DNA of 64,000 bases from contig CM097885.1 in assembly GCA_044892525.1 (NCBI GenBank), forward strand, positions 9,674,001 to 9,738,000. The letters are read 5' to 3'. The notes beneath the pieces are model-generated. The model did no database searches. It had not been told where the DNA came from and was given only the letters and a program-made list of their open reading frames with translations. Origin of the DNA: Schmidtea polychroa (Eukaryota). Both the position numbers and the translations under genes were made by a program. This document shows positions 40,188-52,100 of the stretch, piece by piece. Every line of letters starts with the position of its first letter. The stretch's first letter is position 1.

Positions 40188-43100
40188 GTATTAGTATTAT
40201 TTCAGTTCTCTCATATGGATTTATAGTTATATGGCAATCTCTAGTACGGTTATATTGTTGACTGGAGTCCTGTTGTTAGGATTTAAAAATAAAATCAAGG
40301 TAAAGTTATTTTTGATTTTCAATATTTTCCTAGGTTTATCTAAATTAAAGTCATAGATCACTGAATTTTGATTTTATATTTAATTAAAAAATTTGTGAAA
40401 TTTGACACTTCTGAAATATATTTGAATAACATTGTATAGTGGTATTGCTTTTATTCTCTCTATATTTACTTCGCTGATGTTTGTATGTGACACGCAGATT
40501 TTGTGAGGCAAAATTAATCTACTTTTTCTAACCATCAAAATTTCAGATCGATCCAATCACGGAAAGTGGGTTAATTTAAAAAATATTGATATGTCAATTC
40601 TAGATTTATTTCTTTATTACAATATAAATTCTTATCTATTCATTAACTTCAGATTAAAGAGAAGACGTAATAATATCTAAGATATGTTGAGTTAAGAGAA
40701 TGAAATATAGAGTTTTAAAAACCATGTATTTTATAGTTGATTATTTGTTTAAATAATCGCGTTGTGTGAAAAATAAAATGTTTGAATTTAAATTGTTATT
40801 ATTATTTTTAGTTTTGATGCTAGATGAAAATTAATGAAATGTGATTGCAACTAACAATTAGCAATACCTGTTTGTAGATGAACTCAAAATTCCATTTTCT
40901 TTAGGAGAAAATTGAAATAAAAATTTTTTTTTTAATATTTATTTATTATTTAAAGAAATGAACTTTAGTGCGACACAGAAGATGAGTAATAAAATAATTG
41001 AATGAAGTTCCATTCTGAATTCTTTAAATACTTTCTTTTTTTCTCTTTGTACTCACTGACAAATTCTATTTACAAATATTTTACTTTGTAAACCAGTGGT
41101 TCTCAACGCGGGTTCCGCGAAAAAAATGACATTTTATCTTTAAATTTGCATTTACGATACATATCATCAAAAACCTCAATTAATTTTTTTTATAAGGTGA
41201 TTCAATAAGAAAGCCGTTACACATATATAAACATACAAATATGTGTTTTTATTGCTTGTTATTGTTGCGCGTGGTATTTTCTTTGCTTATAAGAAAGCAT
41301 TGTTTATGTTTACGACAGATTTATAGTAATTTGTGATTGGTCACCATTGTGGGCAAGTATTTTTTGTCAGTGTTCCGCGTAAAAAATTCATGTGAATGGT
41401 GTTACGCGCTTTTATATTAATTGAGAACCACTGTTGAAGACAATCGGGCTTTTTATATTATTTTTCTAATTTCGTCAGTCGTTATGTTTAGTGAATAATA
41501 AAACTTTCAAACATATCTCGACCTCACTAAATTTATTCTCAAAAATGGTACAAATATTATATAAAGTTTATCATTAAATCATTTAAAATTAATTTAATTA
41601 AATTATCTGAAATATTATCTGAGTTCTATACTCTAAAGTTATTTAATTTGTATCTTATTATCTTATTATTTAAATAAAAATTAATTAATTTATTTATTCT
41701 CAATAAGTGCCACACTCAATGGGTGTTTTACTGGTTTAAACAAACCTCCAAAAATAAATCAAAATTTGATATTTATCACTCCTTAAATTTATAGGTTTTA
41801 TAAATAATTGATTCACCCCTGTGACACTTATCTAGAATTTACTATATAAATGTTAATAAATTTTTCATTAGAAATATTTATTAAATTAATCATTTCCAGA
41901 TTGAAGAAAATCATTCATTAAATGACAGCACAGACTACAACATATTCAAATATCAACAACGGTAAGAGTCTTTTATATATTTTAAATTGATACCGTAGAG
42001 TGCCGAATAGTATACCTCCCCAAATAGTGTACCAGTGGTATACTATTTTTAAAAAAGTGCTAAATATTATATCATGGTACACTAAACCATGGTATAATAA
42101 ACCAAATAGTGTATCTGGTATAATATTTGGATTTTAAAGTAAATCAAAATTTTGGCGTTTTCCATATAGTGTACCATGGTATTAAAATCGGACCTCTACG
42201 GTTTAATTAATTGTTAATTAGTTACCAGGTACTATTTATGTCTCGTTTTCAGTATACGGAATGATAAGATAATTTAAGTGTTTTGAATATAGAATAAAAA
42301 TAAAGAATAACAGAATTCACTAATTTTCATATTAATATTTGTAAGACAATAGATTAAAACAATATATAAGGTACACGATATTTTGACACAGTCTTTATCA
42401 AGTGTGTAAAAGTGAAGAGACATACAAAGGATTGTTTTAATTTTCAATTGTTTAAATATACCAAAATCAGAATTAGAAAATATTTTTTGTTTAAATAATC
42501 TTAAAAAAGTAGTGAGGAATCTATGCACCCCAGCACCCCCACCCTAAAAAAAAACAGCGCTATTAACCCATATTTTCCACATTTATATGCTTTTTTACCC
42601 CATATTCTTCACTTTTTTTAACTTTTAAACTTTGTCCCCTATTGCCATTAACCCTTAATTTCTTCCCTTAAAAGTAAAAAAGTTCGGAATAGATGTATTT
42701 ATAGATTAGTAATTCCGAGAAAAGGTAACGGGGTGCATAGATTCCTCACTACTTGGTCTTAAGGATTTAATGTTATAAGGATTTAATGTTATAAGAATAT
42801 CAGATTACCTAATTCCTAATGATCTAGGTCGCCTGATCACCTTAAGGTTTTGAAAGTTTTAAAAATAAAAAATTTTATGAAAATAGTAAAACTGCTCTGA
42901 GGGGACAGTGGTATTTTTTTTTTTTTTTTTTTTTTTCACTGTCCCCTCAACAGTTTTTTTTGATCCGGATCATTTTTTTTTTATTTATCAACCTCTTTCG
43001 TTTATCAAATCTCTTCCAATATACAAGCTGGCCAGACTCATACATCAGAATCAATTCGATAATAGCAGCACACCTTATTATTCGCTTCTCGCTCGAATAC

Positions 43101-46100
43101 GATTTCAACGGCGTTTTAAGCGTGCTGCTCGAAAGTTCAAATGAATTCGAAAGCGAATCCGAAAGAGGTCCGAAAACAACCAAGAAATAAATGTGCAAAT
43201 TACCGGGATCGATCCGGGGGTGTTCGAAAGACAGGTGGCGATAATTACCGGTTCGCCACCATCACCCGTTTCAATATTTTTTTTTTCATATTTATGTTTA
43301 AAAAATAATTAATTAATAAAAAAATAAAATAAAATAAAATAAATAAAATAAAATATACAAGTACTTTATAAATATAAGATACCCACACTATTATTTTCAA
43401 ATTTTTAATATTATTTTATGTTGAAAAAAAACTAACCACAGTTAGGATTTGAACCGCTATCTATTTGAACCACTGTGCCGGTCTAGCCCACTGCGCCATC
43501 AAGGTTTGAATTTTTGTCATTTTTTAGACTATAAATAATCGATTCAAGTTAAAACGTTTTTGATCTTAAATTTCCAAGAGTTGCCGTTGACCAATCACCT
43601 TAAAAATTTGTACAAGTACTAAATCGAGTATGCTGATCAATATTTCGTTAAAAAAAATTTGAAAAAAAATGACCGAAATGGGATTTGAACCCATTGGTAT
43701 TGGCAATGCAGTCGAGTGCTATTACCACTAAGCTATACTCAATATAAAATAAGTTGTTAATGTGTGACTATTTATTGATGAAATTAATAATTAATTATTC
43801 ATTTTCTCGACAACTACCACTCAGATCCATCTGAAAATTTAAATATATACTAAAATCAGTACGCTGAATCAGATTCCGTTGAAAAAAAAATATCGAAAAA
43901 AATTGACCAAAATCGAAAATTGAACCCGGTACTCCCGGTGATAAAATTGAAGCCTATTCCCACTCCGCTATAATGGCTTACATAATATATTTAATTAATC
44001 CTATTTTGTGTGTGTAAATTTTAATATATAAAAATGAATAATATAAATCTTAAAATTCAAGAAAAAAATAAATTAAATCTTGATTATAATAAAGAATTTA
44101 CTCATGAAATCAAGAAAAACGATGTACTTAAAATCTCCCCAACTTCAGGATCTATTGCAAACTTAAATCGTAGGGGTGATATAGTTTTTCAATCTCTTCA
44201 AACATCAAACCCTATAGATATTTGTAATGCCAAATTATATTATAAAATCGAATTAGAAATTGAAGCAAACAAAGATATAACCCTAGAAAATAATTTCTTT
44301 CCAAATTTATTCTCCAACATGAGATTAAAACTAGGATCATCAGAAATTGAAACTGTTTTGCATCCGGGAGTATATTCTACAATGTTAAATTTTATTTTGA
44401 CTGGTTGTGATTATAAAAACGAATATGGTGAATTAACAGGTTGGATTCCTGATGTTAATAAAGGGGATTTAGATAAAGATGGTTTAGATGTAAACCATGG
44501 TTACCATAAAAGAGCTGAACTTTATAAATCTAAAAAATTTGAAGGTTATTTTGAATTAAAACACTAGTTTGGATTCCTTCAAAACTATAATCGTATACTT
44601 CATAATGTTTTTATAGAATTCATCTGTAATAGAGTAGAAGGTGATAAAAGATTGTTCTATGGAGCTGTAGATACAAAAGCTAAATTAAAATTATCAACAC
44701 TTGAATTAAATATACCTGAATGGACATTAAACCCACATTCTGAGATTAAACTCCTTGAAAGATTAAATTCCAACAAGTCTATAAATGTAAATTATTTAAA
44801 TAGAATCTGTAGTGAATTTAGTATGACAGAGGGTTCAACATATTCTATAAAGGTAGCAAATTTAGCATACCGACCAAGATATATCTTGATTGGATTCAAA
44901 GAAGTAGATTCATCTTTCCAAAAAAATAACAACTTGTTTATTCAAAAGATTGGAGTTGATAATTTAAAAACAATCCAAATTCAATTAAATAGTTCTTATT
45001 ATCCAATAAATAGAATGGAATTTAATATTGAAAATAATGAAAACATATTCCCATATCTAAATTATATTGAAACATGTTATGATTTCAAAGTTGAACCGCA
45101 ATTAAGTTTAGAAGATTTCAAAAATTTATATTCTATATTTTGTATAAATGTTTCAGACCAAGATGATCGCCTAGCTATAAATAATGTTGATGTTACACTT
45201 CATGTAACAAAGGATTCTAATTTTAAAGCTAAAGTATATACATTAATATTAGAAAGAAAGAAAATAGAAATGAAATTATATGGTGGAAAGATTTCAATAA
45301 TCGAAAATGTTAGGGGAGATTCTTGATATAATCCCTGATATTTTAACATTTTAAAATGTCTCTAAATAAATATTGGAGATGTGAAAGTTGTAATTGTCAA
45401 GTTACAAGACATCATAAAGCAAGTCATTTAAAAACTAAAAAACATACAGGAGGTGATCTAATTCCACGAGCTGGAGGCGATTTGCAATCTTCAAAAACAA
45501 CATCTTCAATATTAAAACCTTTTACTACAGAAAAATATCCAGGTGAAAGACATTTATTTAAACACAACTATACTGGACCAGGAACACGTCTAGATATTAG
45601 ATTAGATGAAAATAATAATCCCAAACAAGGAGAAGAACCAATAAATAGAATTGATCAAGCAGCTTTAAAACATGACATTGCATACAATTCAACAAATCTT
45701 AGAGATAGACATGTTGCAGATGTGAATTTAATACATGATTTAAATAGTATCCAAAATCCATCAACCCAAGAAAAGATTCAAAGAGCTCTAGTTAAATTAG
45801 CAATGAAAGGTAAGATTTTCATAGGCTTAGGACACAGTCCGATCACCATGGGTGCAAGACTTCCTAGGAAAGCAAAAGATGTTGCTTATAAAAAGATTAT
45901 CGAACAAGCAGAGATTGAAAGATCCCTCGAGAGTACAGCCAAGACTAGTTTACAAACCCCAACAGAATCAGAAATAAAATATGCAAAGGAATTACACCAT
46001 GAATTTAGAAAAAATAAAAAATATTTAAAAGTTCAAGTACATGAAAAAGATCAAACATGGTCTGCAGATTTAGTCTTTATGCCCAAATCATCAGACCCTG

Positions 46101-49100
46101 AAAAATATAAAATAATTTTAACTGTAATAGATTTATATACAAGATTTGCTTTTGCAAGATGTTTAGAAAATAAAACAGGATATTCTATTACAGAAGCATT
46201 TGAAAATATATTTGAAGAAAATCAAAGAATCCCAAAATATTTATGGTGTGATAAAGGAACAGAATTTTATAACAAAGTTTTTACAAAGTTTTTAAATGAA
46301 AATGATATTAAATTATATTCAACAGAAAACGAAGGAAAAGCAGTCGTAGTTGAAAGATTAAATAGAACATTAAAAAATAAAATGTGGAAATATTTTACTG
46401 CTATTGGAAAACAAAAATGGAACAATGAGTTGTTACAAAAGATTGTAAATGAATATAATAATGATGTACATAGTTCTATAAAATCAACACCTTTAAATGC
46501 TTCCATGAATCCTGAAACCATTAAAGTGGTAAATATTGTTGATACAACCCCTATAAAACCAAAGTTTAAAATTGGTGACCGAGTAAGAATATTTAAATAT
46601 AAAAATAAATTTGAAAAAGGATTCACAGCAAAATGGACAAATGAAATTTTTATTATAAATAAAATACATTATACAACTCCAATAACATATAGCATCATTG
46701 ATTTAAATAATGAAAAAATATTAGGTAGATTTTATAATAATGAGTTACAGAAAACAGATTTTTAAGTCGACAAGCCCTAAAATAAACTTTTCCATATTTC
46801 AGCTTCTTCTCTATCCAAATAAATATAATTATATTTTTCTCTCCAATGATTATCAACAAACATATCAAACATATTCTTATCAGGTTCAACATTTGAAAAT
46901 AAATCATTATAAATCATATTCTTATCACGGCGATCTAATTTAAAAAATATAAAACAATTAGAATTATTTCTTATAGAGTTTTTATCTAAAGCATAATAAG
47001 TTTGAGATATATAAATAACATTACAATTATTATGTCGACCTCGTGTAAAGTAACTCTTTTGAATCTCTTGATTTTTCATATTAACAACATCATCAAATAT
47101 AACTAGATTCTTTTTATCTTTAGGAAGTAAATCACAATGTAAAACATCTTCAGGTTTATTAGAGAATAAAACTTGAATTGCCTCCTGCCCTTCTTCACAA
47201 ATATAATCATTTTTATTACTAATATCTGATTCTAAAATCTTTTCCTTATACCAATCAACCATATCACAAGGTTGAAAAACTTCTTCAGGACACCTATGTT
47301 GATTTTTAAAAATATCAATTATTGCTTTTTTAGTTAATTTATTTTCAAATCCACATTTCAAAAGTTGTAATTCTGGTTGATTTATGGTTGTAGAATAAAA
47401 GATTAAATTATTATAATCTAAAAAATCATCTTCAAGTAACATTCTCAAAACAAGTACATTCTTTCCACATCCAGAAGAACCAACAATTAATAATCTAAAA
47501 TTATCAGGAAATACTTTATTATTGAATTTACTCTTATGTCTATTTAAAATTGGTTTCCAAATTATTGGACTTCGTACATCCATTTTGTTTATTATAAAAT
47601 GACCTCGAAGAGTTCCTCTACTGAAGAATCTTTGCAAGAATTAATAAATTCAAATAAAAGTAAATCAGTAGTAATTGATGGTAAAAAATATTTTATTGGA
47701 AAACATGTAAAAGAACAAGTTAGAGCGAAGCTCCACGAAGCTAAAGAAGGTGGCATTCTTCCATTAGCTGCTTTAATACCTGCAATCATTGCTGGTTTAT
47801 CAGGTGCTGCTGGAATAGCTGGAGGAATTGCAACTACAGTTCAAAAAGCTAAAGAATCTCAAAAGACAGACCTAGAAAAAGAAAAACTACAAACTGAAAT
47901 CGATTCAATGAAGAAGGTAGGGCAAGCTAAAGGGGGAGTGTCCGTTGGAAAGGGTCTCTATCTTAATCCATATGAGGGGAGTCGGCAAAAGTCTCAGGGC
48001 AAAGGTCTCTATCTTGATCCTTATAAAGGTAGAGGTTTAAATGATTTTTTAAAAAATCAAATTTCTACATCTGAATCTTTATCTTCAAAAGATAAAGAAG
48101 ATTTAAAAAAAATATGTAAATCTTTAAAGAATGGATGCCTTTGTAAAACTAAAAATGGTAAAGGATTATACTTGAAGCCCTTTCCAACGGATCCTTTACC
48201 AAAATGATACCATTTTTAATACCATAAAAATGGTATATGAAGAAAGATTAGCACTTTTAAAAAAATTACAATCAGAACAAGATAAATATAATAAAAAAGA
48301 TACAAGTCAACATGCTGAATCTATAATATTAAATGAGGTAATAACACAACAACAGGGGCCAACAATTAAAGCTATAAAAGGATTAAATGAGCAAGCAAAA
48401 TTTAAAGAGTTAGAAGATGGAGGAAGTCCCCATGAACAAAAAATAAAAAAACTAGAGTGGAAGAAAGAATCCAGTGAAAGTCATCCTGAAAGAAATCAAA
48501 GAAAACGCAGAAGAATTTCTAATGCGGAAGAAGAAGAAGAAATGTTTTTAAAAACAAAACCTCTTAAAGTTGATCCTAAAATTAGAGATGATTTACCTCC
48601 TTCAATTAGACCCACATTTAATACTAATACTGAAGGATATCAAATAATAACAATTAATAAACAAAACTTTACTTTATATTCAAATTCAGAAAATAAATCA
48701 CGTATTCATTCACAAAATGTTTATAATAATGAATATTTAGACTTTGAATTTACAGATGATTTTTATAGATTACTTTGTGGATATTCTTCAGATGATGTTG
48801 ATGAAATTAAAAAATATTTAAATTTAATAAGATTAATAAGAGCTAGTTCTAAAGCAAAATATATTCAAGATTTAAAGAATTATTTAGATAAAAATGAAAA
48901 GGGTTATGTTGTTACAGAGGGAGAGGGATTAATTAGTGAAGGAAATCCCATCAATCTTTTTATTGAATTAAGAAAACTATTAGCTGCAAGGAAAGCAGGA
49001 CATAATAATTTAGATTCTGATATTTTAAAGATTTCTAAAGATTTGTTAAAACAAGGAATAATTTCAAAAGATAAATTTAATAAGTATACGAAGTTTTAAA

Positions 49101-52100
49101 ATACAAAATGACTCCTTCAATATTAGATTTTTTAAAAACATTTGGAATAAATGCAAAAACAAATTTTGATTTAAAAGATTATGCAAATTATTTAAATTTA
49201 AAAATTAAAATATTAATGAATGATGAATTATCAAGTCTGGAGAGTCCCCTGAATATAATAATCAATTATCAAAATTCAAATGAAAAAGGATCTCATTGGG
49301 TTTGTATATATAAGAATTTAACTAGTAAGAAATCTATCTACTTTGATTCTTTTGGGATTAAACCTACTAAAGAAGTTGAAGATTATCTCTTGAGGGGTTC
49401 TCCGATTGATTCCCCAAATGGTTATACTTTTAACTCTTTACAAGTTCAACCTTTGAATACTAAAATATGTGGTATTTTAAGTTTATATGTTTTGTATAGA
49501 TTGAATATGGGGCATACGCAGGATTTTGAATCTATAATTCAAGAAATTTATAATGATCTAGAATCTCTACTATAAGGATTTTTACTATAAGGATTTTTAC
49601 TATATGAATTTACTACTAAAGAAATGGAGCTTCACAACCCTCCGGAAGATAATTTAAAAAAAATGGTAAACATAATGTCAGATAAATATTCAAGAACTTT
49701 ATCTATAAATTCAAAAGAATCAGAGTTTACTATAAACTTTCAAGATTCAATTAAATTAGATCAAAATTTAAATTATGAATTGGGGCTATTATGGTTTTGT
49801 GCTTATAATACTATTTTTAATATAACTAAAGATAATAATAAATTTACTATTCAAACTCGTGATGGGCATAAACCAGAAATTATAACAATAGAACCTGGGG
49901 CATATGAGATAAAAGATTTAAATGATATACTTTCTAAAAAAACAAATGAAGGTATTAAAATTAAAATGGATATACCAACTTCAAAATGTGTAATGACTTT
50001 GAAGAATATAAAAATTAGTTTTTTAGATAATTGTTTCTTTCACACAGTTTTAGGATTTAAACCTATGGATATAACAATAAAAGATGATAAAATAATAACA
50101 TCAGAACATATTATAAAAATAATAAATACAAACACAATAAATATTCATTGCGATTGTATAACAGGTTCTTATAATAATGGTAAACAAACAAATGTTTTAT
50201 ATTCCTTTCCCTCAAACACAGTTCCTATGGGATATAAAATAGTTGAAAGAATGAATCCTCCAAATTATTTACCTTTATGTAGAAAATATATAATGGATAT
50301 TAATTTTAAAATTCTTAATCAAGAAGGAGAATTGATTGATTTTAATGGAGAAGAGATTTCAATGTATTTACATTTGAAACAGGTTTGAAGATTCATTTTA
50401 AATTATTAATAAATGAGTTCTTATATTCCATGTAATAGAGGTGGTGGAACAATAAAAACAGGGTTTAATACAGAAGAAATATTAACTTTAACAGAAAATA
50501 AATATATTAATGAAAGAGGTGATTCAATGAAGGGTGATTTAATTTTAAATGGACACAAGATAAAAGAATTATCTTTTCCAACTGATGAAGCTGATGCAGT
50601 TAATAAGAAATATGTAGATGGTGTTAAAAAATATACTGATTTAACAACAACAAGAATTGAAAGTTCATTAACAACAAAAATTGATTCAATGGAATCAAAG
50701 CTTAATAATATCGAACAACGATTTAATGATAAATTTGACAAGTTACAAAGTTTGTTAACTGAACAAGTTGTAAAGTTAAATACTAGCATATTAAATTCTA
50801 AAGATAAACAAATTATGAATACTAAATTTAATGCAATATATAATATAATAAATGAGATGATTACATCATTTAATAAAAGAATTTCAAATTTAGAGTCTCA
50901 TGGAACACACATTAACACCACACATAGTATTAGAAAAAGAGCTGCTGAATTAGAACAGAATAAAACATTATTACCCCATACATATAAACATTTTATAGAA
51001 CCAAGTTTAATAACAACAAACCGTAAAGAATGGGGTGTTTTTATGGTTGTAAAAATTATTGATCCTTATTTCTTTTTGTTTGATGATGATAATGAAAGAA
51101 TGAAATGGTTTGTGAAATGTGATTATAATAGTAAGCTTGAAAAGGGTGATGTTATAATGACTAGTTATGATTTACCACACGGAGATTGGTATGTTAATAC
51201 TCATTCACATGGACTACATAAAGTTAAAAGTAAGAATATTCATTTTTCTAGTTCACTTGTACAATATATAGATTTAATATTTTATGAAAAAAAGGTTGAT
51301 GTTGATGAAGTTCGTAAAGCATTGAGAGAATTGTATAAAGACATCCTCTCAACAAGAGTTTCTTTTGATATCCGAGTATTGGTACCAGATGGTGCTCAGA
51401 AGAATAAAGTCTTATTTTTTTAATTATTAAAATGGAAGAAGTAAGAGAAGAAAAAATTTACCCAGAATTGAGATCATCAGGATATTATTCTTCCAAGGCC
51501 TCGGCTCCCACAGAACTTGAAATTATGAGAGTAAAAGAATTTAAATCAGAAAGATTACATTTACAAGATTTACTTCAACATTATAAAAAAATTAAAAGCA
51601 GATGGAATAAAGGGAATACAGTTTTAAAAGTTATAGGTTATTCTTTAGGATTTGCATCTGCAATATTAACAGTTATTTTACCCATAACTTTACCAGTTGT
51701 TACTCTTGCACCTGTAATACTTGGAAGTATTTCTGTGGCTGATGGTTTCTTAACTGAAATAGTTTCATTATCTTATACTTCTAAAAAGAAAAGTTTATAT
51801 AGAGAAGTTTGTTTATCAATAGAATTAGGAATCTCTAAATTATTTTTATTTCAATTAAAAGCTTTGGAAGATGGAATCCTGACAGACGAAGAAATAATGA
51901 AATCAAATCAAATAATACAAGATATTAAAAATGAAATTATAAAATTAAAAAGTGCAAATATTATAACTAATGAATATTCTAAAAAAATTAAACGAGACAA
52001 GTGGTTAAAGAATTCTTACTTATAAAATGGATGAATTTTTAAAAAAGTAGATCAAGTTGCTATAGTTGCTTAAATTAATTGTCGACATTTTATTATTAAA

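Noticed and set aside
42908..43198. Three short overlapping ORFs in the Polinton left region
   Set aside because: Low-complexity starts, no recognisable motifs, and they lack the AAAATG context or codon style of the real genes (the minus-strand one has only a weak match).
43662..43742. Functional tRNA-Cys gene
   Set aside because: Anticodon stem and acceptor stem do not pair properly, so it is called tRNA-like ncRNA instead.
46267..46943. Antisense or overlapping ORFs within Polinton genes (also 50421-50789, 54956-55298) and within pogo
   Set aside because: Shadow frames of real coding sequences with no independent motifs.
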